Translations under genes and position numbers: made by a program
From: a virus
Virus record (IMG/VR): IMGVR_UViG_3300042914_003763
Coordinates: 32,001-96,000 of that record
Strand: one strand, 5' to 3'
DNA: 64,000 bases
Shown: piece by piece, positions 1-10,466 of the stretch
How positions within the stretch are numbered: the first letter of the stretch is position 1
How the letters are laid out: every line of letters begins with the position of its first letter
Notes under the pieces: model-generated
What the model saw: the letters and a program-made list of their open reading frames with translations, nothing else
What the model was told of the DNA's origin: nothing
Databases searched by the model: none

Positions 1-2
1 CT

Positions 3-245
3 TCAAGTAATATTAACTTAGGTAATAAGTTACCTTATGTAAGTCAACAAAGTAAACAAATTAAAAAGTTAATTGAAACAAATAGTGTTATTCCTATTGC
101 ATTACCTAAAGCAGTTAGTCAACCTAAGTTAGTTAGTAATAATATTGCAATAAGAAGTAGTAATAAGAAACAACCGTTAACTAAAGTAGGTTATAGTAGT
201 GCTAAGATAACCATTAATTGGTTGTTTAATATTAACAACAATTAA
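3..245 (+). CDS. 3' end of a basic, low-complexity protein (partial)
   Basis: Frame 3 is open from the window edge to TAA at 243-245 (SSNINLGNKLPYVSQQ...NWLFNINNN). Confidence 0.6.
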   Translation, partial: SSNINLGNKLPYVSQQSKQIKKLIETNSVIPIALPKAVSQPKLVSNNIAIRSSNKKQPLTKVGYSSAKITINWLFNINNN

Positions 246-250
246 CAACT

Positions 251-598
251 ATGTTTTTTTTATCTGATATTGATTCAAGTAATTATGGGAGAGGTAAAGA
301 TAGAAAAAAGAGAAAACAAAAAATGAGTAAGTTAGGTGCAGGGTTACGATTGGCTACTGCTAGTACAGTAGGAGCAGGAATGGGTACATTAGCTAGTTTA
401 CCTTGGAGAATTAAATATGGTAATAAAGCTAATTTAATTGGTGCAGGAATTGGTGCTGGTATATTAGGAGGTGCAGCTTATTTAGATCATAGTAATAGTC
501 CTTATTCGCCTATAGGTAAAAAGAAACATAAACCATTTTCAGATAATCATCCTATGAGAAAATTAATGTTTCAAGATATGAGTCGTATTGATGACTAA
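251..598 (+). CDS. Small basic protein with MFFLSD..SNY.R.KD+KKRK leader and Gly-rich hydrophobic helices; putative virion/internal protein
   Basis: ORF; N-terminus resembles 8933..9670. Confidence 0.6.
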   Translation: MFFLSDIDSSNYGRGKDRKKRKQKMSKLGAGLRLATASTVGAGMGTLASLPWRIKYGNKANLIGAGIGAGILGGAAYLDHSNSPYSPIGKKKHKPFSDNHPMRKLMFQDMSRIDD

Positions 599-1064
599 CA
601 ATACTTATGGCGCATTAGATACAGCACATGACATATTACAAGACACCAACTTACTTTGTTTAGGTAACTATATTAAAGATGAACTTAATCGGCGCAATAC
701 ATTAGCTAACACAATTATAGTAAGAACAGTTTATAATTATGATGCTTACAATATTCCAGTAAGCGATCTACCTGTACTAAAGTTATCAAGACAAAGTTCA
801 TTCTATTTACCTAATAACAAACGTAAGTCTAGTATTGAATTACAATACGGTCTTGCATTACCAGAACATGAAAGATTATTACCGTATTTGAATTGGGTAG
901 ATTACAATATTAATCAGATCCTTAGTGTAATAACGCAACTCAAAAGTATATTTATAGAAGAAACAAGTAAAAGGTGTCAGTATCGTACACTAATAAGTGA
1001 AATGGGAATACCTGTTTACTCATTCTTGCGATTTAGTTTTACAATAACAGAAGGAAGCTATTAG
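588..1064 (+). CDS. Putative tail terminator/neck protein
   Basis: 158 aa, directly upstream of the tail tube gene; call from position and size. Confidence 0.45.
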   Translation: MMTNNTYGALDTAHDILQDTNLLCLGNYIKDELNRRNTLANTIIVRTVYNYDAYNIPVSDLPVLKLSRQSSFYLPNNKRKSSIELQYGLALPEHERLLPYLNWVDYNINQILSVITQLKSIFIEETSKRCQYRTLISEMGIPVYSFLRFSFTITEGSY

Positions 1065-1121
1065 TTATAATACGCCGCATAATTAACTTCATTCATTTTT
1101 CTACCTCTAACTAATTAACAT

Positions 1122-1913
1122 ATGTCAATTCTCAAACGCAATGAAACCTTCAAAGGTGTAGCTGAATTAGCAATTATCAGATTGTCTGATGGTGCATTAC
1201 TTAATATCCCTAAACCACTTAACGTAGTCATTGATAACCAAATTGATCAGCGTATTCAAATGACGCAGAACAGTCAAGGTGAAATGACTCGTGCCAATAG
1301 TTACATTAAGGGTCGTACTCCAACAATCAGACTTGTTTACTCTCACATTCAACCTGAATTACTTCAATTCAAAACAGGTAGATTGTATGAAAGTCAAACT
1401 AAATCAATGGATGTAGTTAAATCTTATCTCGTTACTACTGGTACTTTTGCAGGTGAAACATCTGTTAGTAAATCTGGTCATGCTGTACTTGAAGATGCAC
1501 CAAGTAAGGCATCCATTATTCGTAATAACTTGAGTGTTCAGTTAGTTCAACAACCTTACGATACCTTTAATGCTACTACTAATGATACGTTTGCTATTGG
1601 TGCTAATTTAGCAGTTAAGTTCAGCACTAACTTAGTAACAGCAAAAGAAATTGTTACATTAACTACTACCGAATCACTAACTGTAACTGGTATTGGTGAT
1701 GATATAATTGGGGCGCATAAAATAATTGCAATGTTAGTTACTACTGAAAATCAACTAGTTAGTTTCAAAGCTGAAAACTGTTCTTGTTCTTTTGAAGGTA
1801 GTGCTATTGACTTTGGTGCAGATCAAATGGAAATTCCTTGGTTTATCAATGATGTTCCTGGTGCTTGTTTCCCTTATACATTAGACTATACTAGTAAGTA
1901 TGTTGGTTGTTAA
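1122..1913 (+). CDS. Putative major tail tube protein
   Basis: Beta-rich 263 aa in the canonical order tube - chaperones - tape measure. Confidence 0.65.
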   Translation: MSILKRNETFKGVAELAIIRLSDGALLNIPKPLNVVIDNQIDQRIQMTQNSQGEMTRANSYIKGRTPTIRLVYSHIQPELLQFKTGRLYESQTKSMDVVKSYLVTTGTFAGETSVSKSGHAVLEDAPSKASIIRNNLSVQLVQQPYDTFNATTNDTFAIGANLAVKFSTNLVTAKEIVTLTTTESLTVTGIGDDIIGAHKIIAMLVTTENQLVSFKAENCSCSFEGSAIDFGADQMEIPWFINDVPGACFPYTLDYTSKYVGC

Positions 1914-1932
1914 TTAATTACGGTAATACAAA

Positions 1933-2394
1933 ATGACAGTTCATACCATTGAATATAAAGATGAGAAGGGTAATGTAATAGGAACTGACATTATTACAGT
2001 TCCTAAGAGATCAAAACTTAAAGAGATATTAGTATTACAACAAGCATTAATTGAGGGAATGTATCAGCACATTGATCCCATTAAAGTAAAATGTGTTTAT
2101 TCAGGTAGTTTATTACTTGATGATGCTGTATGGGGTAATGTAGAAAAATTAGCTAAGTTAATACCTGTTATCGGTAAAGAAGGTGGTATTGATTTAGATA
2201 AACTTGAAAGTGACATTCCTCAATTAATCAAACTATTCTTTTCTCAAAGTTGTGATGATGTAGGAAACATTACCGTTGATTTAGAAGATAATTCGTTTTT
2301 TCTACCTTCTGTACTATCGGAGTTATATAGATTTAACTTCCCTAAGTTCATAAAAGAGATGTTCGACAAAGGACAAGTAGTGAAACAGGAATAA
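1933..2394 (+). CDS. Putative tail assembly chaperone
   Basis: Acidic 153 aa between tube and tape measure genes. Confidence 0.6.
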   Translation: MTVHTIEYKDEKGNVIGTDIITVPKRSKLKEILVLQQALIEGMYQHIDPIKVKCVYSGSLLLDDAVWGNVEKLAKLIPVIGKEGGIDLDKLESDIPQLIKLFFSQSCDDVGNITVDLEDNSFFLPSVLSELYRFNFPKFIKEMFDKGQVVKQE

Positions 2395-2423
2395 ACCAAC
2401 AACCAATAAGCGGTAATTCCGAT

Positions 2424-2639
2424 ATGGAAGAATTAGCTGCATTAATTGAAATATATAAAACAGTTGATGCAGCTTTTCTCATTAGGGATAAACTAACTCA
2501 TCTTGAAATACAAGACTTGATTAAAGAAACAAATGAGTTACGTAAAGATTCAAAACTTAAAGATGCAGAAGAGATAGAAAAAAACTATGCGAAATTAAAA
2601 GAAGAAGATCCAACTATAAGTCAATTCATGAATTACTAA
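2424..2639 (+). CDS. Putative second tail assembly chaperone (gpT-like)
   Basis: In the -1 frame relative to the upstream chaperone; abuts the tape measure gene. Confidence 0.5.
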   Translation: MEELAALIEIYKTVDAAFLIRDKLTHLEIQDLIKETNELRKDSKLKDAEEIEKNYAKLKEEDPTISQFMNY

Positions 2640-2640
2640 T

Positions 2641-5600
2641 ATGTCTCAATTAATGAATGATTATCAACAAGAAGTAGCCCTTAAATTTGAAGGAGAAGAT
2701 AATCTTAGTAAAGTTGTTGATAATATTTCTGAGCGTATTAGTAATATGCAAACTAAGGTTATGGCTGCTAACCTTGGACTTGGAGGATTGAAAAAAGTTA
2801 CAGGTGATAATGTAACTACATTAGAAAAATTTGGAAAACAAATTGCAGCTACAGATAAATTATTAATGAAAGCATTCAATGTAGCAACTTTCGCTAAAAT
2901 CGGCGCAGTATTAGCTGATGGTATTAAGAATGCAACAAGAGAATTATCAGGTTTTTCTACAGGAATTAAAGCATTTACCGCTTCAGGATACACAACTCAA
3001 ATAATTGATGATTTCACTAAGGTTCGAGATGCAATCTTAGGTAGTAAAGAAGCAGTAGATCAATTCAGTTTGCAAGCTTTAACTGCTTATAATCGCTACA
3101 AGAAAGCACAAACTGAAGTAGAAGTATTATTCAGTAAAGGTAGTGAATTTATTGGTGATTTAAGTAAGAACATTCAAAATCTTGTTAATAACGATCTCAA
3201 AAATGCTATAAGTTCGATTGATGCGTTAGGTGCAGCATATCAAGCGGCATCTGCTAGTTTCACAGAAGCAAGTGAAAATACGGCTGTGATGACAGCAGGT
3301 TTGAAGTTAGCTAAAGCTGGTGGTGCTGACACTGGTGCGACAATGAAAGTGTTGACACAAACAATACGTGCTTATAATATGTCAGCTACAGACTCCAATA
3401 AAGTAGCAGCAGTATTGAATAAAACTATTCAGTTAGGTATCACAACGATGCCTGAACTTGCTAATGGTTTTGCACAATCAGCCGTAACAGCTAACGCCGC
3501 AAAAGTTAAATTAGAAGAATTAGCAGCAGGCGTAGCAGCACTAACTCTACAAGGTTTTGATACTCCTAGTGCATTAACTGGATTAGAAGCATTATTCAGA
3601 AACATCATTAACAAAACACCTCAAGCAGAAGCGGCATTACGTAGTTTGAGAGATGAAGTAGGTAAACCAATTAGATTCGATATTGCTGAAATTAAGACTA
3701 AAGGTTTTGCCAAGGCATTAGATGATTTAAATAAAGCGGCTAAAGGTAACGCTGAAACATTAGCAACTATTATCCCAGAAGCCACTGCTTACAATACAGC
3801 ATTAGCGTTAATGAGTAATAATGCTCAACAATTAAAAGATAATAGTAAATCAATGTTTGAGATTACTGAAACAGGTAAAAAAGCTAGAGAAACATTAGAT
3901 GAAGTATTTGGCATTAAGATATCATCACAAGCTGAAAAGTTTGATGCAATTATTAATCGTATAACAGAACAATTTATTCAGTTCGGTGAACAAATAGCAC
4001 CATTCTTTCAAGTTGGTGTAGATGTGTTAGAAAAAACTGTTAGTGCTTTATCTTCTATCTCTCCAGAAATGAAGAAGATAATTGCACAATGGATAATATT
4101 TCAAATGGGCGCAGGTCAAGTTACTAATGCAATTGGACAATTAGTAGGTGCAGCAACTCAAGCGTTTATGATATTCCAAGGTTGGAGGATTTTTACAGGT
4201 TTGTTTAATGGTGAATTACTCAAACAAGTAAAGATAGTACAAGAACTTGCTAAAGCTAATATTGGTTTATTACCTGTAGTTAAACAAGTAATAGGAATAG
4301 ATCAACAACATCTGTTACTAGGACAAGAACTTAATTTACAACAACTTAATAGATTTCAAATTATAGGTAAGTTACGTGAACAAAATTTAGGACTAATTGC
4401 ACAAGCTAAACAGTTAATAGGAATAGATCAATCACATCTACTAGTAGGGCAACAATCATTAACATTAGATGAACAACGAGAAGAAATATTAAATAGGTTA
4501 GTTGAACAAAATAAAGACTATAAAAAAGTATCTAAAGAATTAAGTAACATAGAAAAAGAACATTTAGATATTACAACTAAAGTTAAAGAAGCAGAAGATA
4601 AGTTATCTGAATCATATACTAAGTTAGCTAAAGATAAATACGATAAATCAAAGTTAGAAAAAGAACTTAATTCATCTACTGCTAAATCGGCAGATGAACA
4701 ATATCAGTTAGCAGAACGTTATCAACAACAACAAGAACTTATAGCTAAATCTGAAGCTGAATTAGCAGTTAACAAGAAAAATAAACTTGACTTAGATGAA
4801 AAAGCAGCTAAGTTACAACAAGAAGTTGCTGATAAAACCGCTAAAGCTGAAAAAATCTCACAAACAGTTAAAGATAATACGCTCAAAATACAAAAGGCGC
4901 AGACGTTAGCAGAAGAATTACAACGTAAAGCTGTTGAAGCTAGAACATTAGCTGATTTAGCATCTAGTCAAGCTCAAACAGCTAAAGCAGCCGCAGATGC
5001 AGCAGGTGGAACTAATGCAACACTTAACGCAGCAGCAGAAGTAGCATTAGCTAACGCAACAACTCTTGAAACAGCAGCAGAGGTAGCTAACACAACAGCT
5101 ACTAACGCTAATAATGCAGCAAGAACTTTAGGTACAACATTAGCAACAGAACAAGGTATTGCTGAAGGTAGATTAATTAAAATTAGAACATTAGCAGGAG
5201 AACAAATAGTTAAAAATACATTACTTAACCGAATGTTAGGTTTTTCATTTAAAGACTTAATTCCCAAAATGGATGACGTTAAAAAGACAAGTGGCAACTT
5301 ATGGACTAACTTAAATAAACCAATTAATTTTAGTGGAATTAAAGATGGCGTTAGTAGTTTATTTAGTAAGCTTAGTGGAATGTTACCTATTGTTGGACAA
5401 ATAGGAACTAAGTTATTAACATTCGCACCAATACTATTACCAGTAGCAGGAGCAGCAGCATTACTATATGATCAATTCGCTGGTACTTCTGCTCAAGTTA
5501 GAAAACTGCAAGAAGATTTAACTAAGATAAATAAAGAACTAGAAGTATCAAAACTTAAAACACTACAAGACTTAGATAGTAAAGGTAAGTTGAGTTATGA

Positions 5601-8600
5601 AATGAAGAAACAACTTATTATGATGGAACACAATAATGAGTTAGCTAAACTTAATGGATTTGAAAATACAAAGTTAGTAGGTATATGGGAAAACATTGGT
5701 AATGCAATAGGTGCTGCATTTAATGGAGTAATTGGTTTTGGTAAAGCTATATTTGATATGTTTGATAAAATATTACCTATTTTCAGTTTATATAAAGCAA
5801 TACGGTATGATCAAGTTATTTCTACCTTTAGTGAAATTGAAGCACAGATAGAAAAAACAAGTGCTGCGACTTTAAAATTTGCTGAAGTTAATAGCAAATT
5901 AAAACAAGGATTCACTGATATTGAAAAAGTAAACAAGAAAATACGTGAAGGTAAATCACTTGAACCAGATGATATAACTAAGTTAAAAAATCAAGCTGAA
6001 GAACGACTTAAATTAATTGATGATGAGATAGCAGCTAATGATAGACGACTTGAAGCATTAAAAGAAAAGTTAAAAGATTATGATGCACTTGATCCCGAAA
6101 AACAAAAACAAGCTGCTGCTGAAGATCAAGACTTAGCTAGCCGTAGAGATGTACTTGAAGCACAAAATGAAAATTTAAAGAAGCAACGACAAATAAATGC
6201 TGATACAAGTAAAGCAAATATAGAATACTTACAACAACGTAATATATTTGTTAAACGGTTACAAGAAGCTAATCCTAATAAAAACGATCCTAATAATAAG
6301 AAAAATGACTTCTTAGATGAAGACTTTGAAGGTCAAGTTGGCAATAAAGTTAACTCGTTACAAGTAAGAATGCGCCGTAGTTTTAGGCAATCAAATGAAG
6401 ACTTACAAGAGTATGCTAAGAAAGTTGAAGCTACATTAGATGGTACTAATAAATATATAGATAGAGAAGGTAAAGAAGTTAAACTTGATGTTACTCAATT
6501 AGGACAATATGTTCAAGACTTTGATAAGAATGTAGAAACAACAGTAGCAGGAATAGGTCAGTTATATGAAGGTAATTATATTAATGCTAAGGAAGCTAAT
6601 GAAAAGTTACAAGCAGTATTGAATCAACAAGTAGGTGATACTAAAAAGAAAGTTAAAGATTTGTTTTCAACAGAACAATTACAAGAGTATTATGCTCAGA
6701 TAATTGAATACAGTAAGAATGCCAGTAAAAAACAAATAGACCTATTAAGTAAAGATGCTGAAATACAACAACAATTAATATCAGCAGGTGTTAAATCACA
6801 AATTGATGGCAGTAAGGAAATTAGAAAGATACAACAACAACAACTTAAAGCACAGATAGATGACTTAGAAAAAACATTACAATTACAACTTGATATTGCA
6901 CCAGCATTAAAACAAGAGTTAGAAAAACAATTAAAACTACTAAAAGCACAATTTAATGCGGCGGATAAAGAAGATCAACGTAAGTCAATAGATGAACGTT
7001 ATCAACAACAACAAGTTGCGTTAGATAAAGAAGTAGCCGCATTTAAGTTAAGTCGTGCCAAGTTTGTTTCTACAGAAAAAGAAAGTATTGTTAAGTTAGA
7101 GCAACTACAAAAACAACAACTATTACAACAACAAAATAAATTACAAGAACAACTTAAACTTGTTGGTAATGATAAAGAAGAACGTACTAAGTTAGAAACA
7201 GAGTTATTGAACTTACAACTACAGTATCAACAAATTGTTACTAGTAGTTTACAACGTGAATTTGACAAACGTAATAAGCAATTAAGTAATGATATAGAAA
7301 GACAGAAACTCGAATACGGTAAGTTAACAAGAACGTTATCTAGTACAACAGATAGCTTACAAGAAGAATTGAAGATTATTGAAGCTAGAAACAAATCTAT
7401 TCTTGCAGCTAATCAATATGAAACAAGTAGATTACAAAACCAACTTCGTGTTACTGCTGATATTGAAAAACGTGCCGATATTGAAGTACAACTAGTTGAA
7501 TTAAAAAACAAGAATAGTGAAGTAACATTAGCACAAGAAGCTAAGTCATTACAATATCAACAGAAGTTAGTAGATTTAGGTTTCCAAAAACAACAAATAG
7601 AACTTGATATTAATAAGTTACAAAATGAATCACAACGTAAGTTACTAGAACTAGAACTAAAACGTGCTTTAGAACAAAAGCAAAGTAAAGAAGAAATTGA
7701 AACACTACAAACTAAATTAGATATCAATATTGAAGAATCTAAATCATTAGAAAGTAAAAGTAAGTTACAACAAGAAGTTAGACGTAATCAATTAGAAATA
7801 AACAACTTAACTAAACAAGATTTAGAGTACAAATTAGCATTAACTAGAGAAGGTGGTGAATTAGATGTTGAAATAGCTAAACAAAATCGTGTATTAGCAA
7901 CTTATGAAAAACAAGCACAACAAGCTAAAGTAAGTGCTGAATTAGCTGAAATATCTGCTAACAAACAACTTGTACAAAATAACTTAATACTGAAGTCATA
8001 CGAAAACAGAATTAACTTAACACAGAAACAACTTGATTTAGAGCAACAACAACAAAATAATACTCAACGTATGTTTAAGTTAGCTGGCGATCTTGCAACA
8101 ACAGATTATCAGAAACAAGAGTTTGCTAAGTTAGCAGCACGTCAAGAGTTAATGGCGTTAGACAAGAAACAAGAGATAGAAAAACAATTATTAGAGATAC
8201 AAATAAAAAGTAATAACTTAGCTTTACAAAGACAAGAGATAGAACAAAAGACAGCAGAACTAAAATTAGCAGCGGAACTTAAAGTACAAATAGCTGAAAC
8301 AAAAAAAGTCTTAGCTAGTAAAACTGCTACCAATGAAGATAAAGCAGCAGCATCGGCGCAACTTGAAGCTAAACAATTTGCATACGAAGCTAAGTTAGCA
8401 GAACGTCCACTACTAGAACAACAACGACAGTTAAGTAAGTTTGATGATAATATCAAGCGTTATCAGTTACAACAAAATCAAAGTAATGAAGTACAAGATA
8501 AGTCAGTTGCTTATGCTAAGACTACTTTTGGTATTGGTGACGATATGGAAATATATCGAGCTATCAGAAATAACTTAGCATCTGTAATTGATGATGTAAC

Positions 8601-8913
8601 TAATGAGATTAATAATAAAGACCTTAACTATAACAAAATTTTTTCTAACTCTAATGTAGTTGTACCAGTTGCACCTAAGTTAACTTACGATACTGTAGGT
8701 AAGAATAACATAGTACCATTAAGTAACAACACTAATACAATTAGTAATGATAAACAAGTTGTAATTAACTTCACTAACACTAATGATGTAACTATTGAAG
8801 GTAATGCAAGTAGTAAAGAAGTTACTAACGGTATTAAAGATGCTAATGATGATGCAATTAAAAAGTTGTACGATGTATTTAGGAAAACAAATGTTGAATT
8901 AGGAAATAAGTAA
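2641..8913 (+). CDS. Tail tape measure protein
   Basis: 2090 aa; TP901-like core (GLKLAKAGGADT, KTIQLGITTMPEL) followed by long Q/E/K/L coiled coil. Confidence 0.93.
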   Translation: MSQLMNDYQQEVALKFEGEDNLSKVVDNISERISNMQTKVMAANLGLGGLKKVTGDNVTTLEKFGKQIAATDKLLMKAFNVATFAKIGAVLADGIKNATRELSGFSTGIKAFTASGYTTQIIDDFTKVRDAILGSKEAVDQFSLQALTAYNRYKKAQTEVEVLFSKGSEFIGDLSKNIQNLVNNDLKNAISSIDALGAAYQAASASFTEASENTAVMTAGLKLAKAGGADTGATMKVLTQTIRAYNMSATDSNKVAAVLNKTIQLGITTMPELANGFAQSAVTANAAKVKLEELAAGVAALTLQGFDTPSALTGLEALFRNIINKTPQAEAALRSLRDEVGKPIRFDIAEIKTKGFAKALDDLNKAAKGNAETLATIIPEATAYNTALALMSNNAQQLKDNSKSMFEITETGKKARETLDEVFGIKISSQAEKFDAIINRITEQFIQFGEQIAPFFQVGVDVLEKTVSALSSISPEMKKIIAQWIIFQMGAGQVTNAIGQLVGAATQAFMIFQGWRIFTGLFNGELLKQVKIVQELAKANIGLLPVVKQVIGIDQQHLLLGQELNLQQLNRFQIIGKLREQNLGLIAQAKQLIGIDQSHLLVGQQSLTLDEQREEILNRLVEQNKDYKKVSKELSNIEKEHLDITTKVKEAEDKLSESYTKLAKDKYDKSKLEKELNSSTAKSADEQYQLAERYQQQQELIAKSEAELAVNKKNKLDLDEKAAKLQQEVADKTAKAEKISQTVKDNTLKIQKAQTLAEELQRKAVEARTLADLASSQAQTAKAAADAAGGTNATLNAAAEVALANATTLETAAEVANTTATNANNAARTLGTTLATEQGIAEGRLIKIRTLAGEQIVKNTLLNRMLGFSFKDLIPKMDDVKKTSGNLWTNLNKPINFSGIKDGVSSLFSKLSGMLPIVGQIGTKLLTFAPILLPVAGAAALLYDQFAGTSAQVRKLQEDLTKINKELEVSKLKTLQDLDSKGKLSYEMKKQLIMMEHNNELAKLNGFENTKLVGIWENIGNAIGAAFNGVIGFGKAIFDMFDKILPIFSLYKAIRYDQVISTFSEIEAQIEKTSAATLKFAEVNSKLKQGFTDIEKVNKKIREGKSLEPDDITKLKNQAEERLKLIDDEIAANDRRLEALKEKLKDYDALDPEKQKQAAAEDQDLASRRDVLEAQNENLKKQRQINADTSKANIEYLQQRNIFVKRLQEANPNKNDPNNKKNDFLDEDFEGQVGNKVNSLQVRMRRSFRQSNEDLQEYAKKVEATLDGTNKYIDREGKEVKLDVTQLGQYVQDFDKNVETTVAGIGQLYEGNYINAKEANEKLQAVLNQQVGDTKKKVKDLFSTEQLQEYYAQIIEYSKNASKKQIDLLSKDAEIQQQLISAGVKSQIDGSKEIRKIQQQQLKAQIDDLEKTLQLQLDIAPALKQELEKQLKLLKAQFNAADKEDQRKSIDERYQQQQVALDKEVAAFKLSRAKFVSTEKESIVKLEQLQKQQLLQQQNKLQEQLKLVGNDKEERTKLETELLNLQLQYQQIVTSSLQREFDKRNKQLSNDIERQKLEYGKLTRTLSSTTDSLQEELKIIEARNKSILAANQYETSRLQNQLRVTADIEKRADIEVQLVELKNKNSEVTLAQEAKSLQYQQKLVDLGFQKQQIELDINKLQNESQRKLLELELKRALEQKQSKEEIETLQTKLDINIEESKSLESKSKLQQEVRRNQLEINNLTKQDLEYKLALTREGGELDVEIAKQNRVLATYEKQAQQAKVSAELAEISANKQLVQNNLILKSYENRINLTQKQLDLEQQQQNNTQRMFKLAGDLATTDYQKQEFAKLAARQELMALDKKQEIEKQLLEIQIKSNNLALQRQEIEQKTAELKLAAELKVQIAETKKVLASKTATNEDKAAASAQLEAKQFAYEAKLAERPLLEQQRQLSKFDDNIKRYQLQQNQSNEVQDKSVAYAKTTFGIGDDMEIYRAIRNNLASVIDDVTNEINNKDLNYNKIFSNSNVVVPVAPKLTYDTVGKNNIVPLSNNTNTISNDKQVVINFTNTNDVTIEGNASSKEVTNGIKDANDDAIKKLYDVFRKTNVELGNK

Positions 8914-8932
8914 ACCAATCATTAATATACAT

Positions 8933-9670
8933 ATGTTATTTTTTCTATCTGATTATAAATATTCTAATTATGCTAGAACATTAGGTGCTAAAGATAAGAA
9001 AAAGAGAAAAAGTAATTTGTTACGTAACGTAGCTATAGGTGCTGGTGGATTAGCATTAGCTGGCGGACTAGGTTATTTAGCATTACGAGGAAAAGGTAAA
9101 CCAAGCGGTGGATCTAATTCGCTTAGTGGTGCTAGTTCACCATCATCATCTACTACACCTTCTGTATCAAATAATAGAGCATTAAATGATGTTGATGTTA
9201 AAATTGAAGCACCTAAAATTAAACAATCTAAACCACAAATAGAGTCTCAATCAAGAATAACACCTCAGAGTGAACCCACTAAACCATATCCAACTAGAAG
9301 TTTCACACAAGATGAATTATTACAACGTGGTAACTTGAAAGCTAGATATAATTCAGATCCTTTATATACAAATAAGAAGGTAGGTTTATATGGTAGCTTA
9401 ACTAAAAAACAACTTAATTCAAGACGTATTGCAGAGAGAAGACAAAAAATTGCAAATGAGTTAATTACTTCTCCTAATAAAAATAATTATACAGGTATTA
9501 ATAGCAATAGGTATAGTTACGTTCAGAGACCTGGTAAATCAACATTGTATGGATCTAAAGATTCTTACGATACACAAATAAGAAAATCAATATCTAAAGA
9601 TATTAAGTCACTGAACAAATCCTACATAGATAGTAATTACAAAACATACCGTAACTACATTAACTTATAA
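8933..9670 (+). CDS. Highly basic protein with MLFFLSD..SNYAR..KDKKKRK leader, Gly-rich TM-like helix and disordered tail
   Basis: ORF; paralogous N-terminus with 251..598. Confidence 0.65.
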   Translation: MLFFLSDYKYSNYARTLGAKDKKKRKSNLLRNVAIGAGGLALAGGLGYLALRGKGKPSGGSNSLSGASSPSSSTTPSVSNNRALNDVDVKIEAPKIKQSKPQIESQSRITPQSEPTKPYPTRSFTQDELLQRGNLKARYNSDPLYTNKKVGLYGSLTKKQLNSRRIAERRQKIANELITSPNKNNYTGINSNRYSYVQRPGKSTLYGSKDSYDTQIRKSISKDIKSLNKSYIDSNYKTYRNYINL

Positions 9671-9698
9671 TGATAGTAGTTAAATTAGGAAATAAGTA

Positions 9699-10322
9699 AT
9701 GTTACAATTTAGTATTTCAATACCACTATTTAAAGCATACGTTCGTAATGAATACTTGTTTAACTTAGAAGAGCAACATAGTAACATAACACCTGTAGTT
9801 GCATTTGGTTGTACATCACTAAATGGTCGCGCTATTGGTTTTCATATTATGACTAACGGTGGAGCGCAAGTAGCACGTATTCCTGTTAGTGGATTAGTAC
9901 ATAAAGAAGATGCCCCTAACTTACCATTAGATTGGTTACAGTTATGGGATTGTTTCAGTTATCAAGTACAAGCAGTAACTTACGATTACCTTAGTGAAAT
10001 GAAATGTAAGGTACTACTTAAAGATCGTAATTGGTATGAAGGTCAATATATGTTTACTTTAGATTGGATAGGTGGTGATTATGCAGAAGAAGCTAGTGAA
10101 TATAAATGCGGTCATGTTATTGCATTAGATAACGGATGTTTTGCTATTCAACCTAACAACAGGATATTCTGGTTAGGTGATCCTAGTTTCATAACACAAC
10201 CGCTAACTGCTAATCCTGGTTACAAAGTTAATACATATAACTGGAAGTGTGAAAATAGTGGTTCTAAGTGGTTAACTGAAAATAGTGATAGGTTTTTCTA
10301 TGAGGTAGAAACAAAAGAGTAG
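9699..10322 (+). CDS. Conserved phage protein of unknown function
   Basis: LQLWDCFSY, YMFTLDW and LDNGxFAxQPNNRI motifs recalled from widespread phage hypotheticals. Confidence 0.65.
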   Translation: MLQFSISIPLFKAYVRNEYLFNLEEQHSNITPVVAFGCTSLNGRAIGFHIMTNGGAQVARIPVSGLVHKEDAPNLPLDWLQLWDCFSYQVQAVTYDYLSEMKCKVLLKDRNWYEGQYMFTLDWIGGDYAEEASEYKCGHVIALDNGCFAIQPNNRIFWLGDPSFITQPLTANPGYKVNTYNWKCENSGSKWLTENSDRFFYEVETKE

Positions 10323-10358
10323 TTATAATAAAGATAAGGTACATTTAATTAACTACTC

Positions 10359-10396
10359 AACTCTCTTAGTTGTATAACTAAGGGAGTTTTATTTTT
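10359..10396 (+). terminator. Rho-independent terminator
   Basis: AACTCTCTTAGTT / AACTAAGGGAGTT stem followed by T-tract. Confidence 0.75.
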
Positions 10397-10466
10397 GCTA
10401 ACCACACACAAAACAAAATTGGTAGTTATAATAGAGAGGTAATTAATTAGATACGGTAACACTACT

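Noticed and set aside
2664-8918. Minus-strand ORFs inside the tape measure gene (2664, 3429, 4974, 8142, 8685)
   Set aside because: Antisense shadows of a strongly supported gene.
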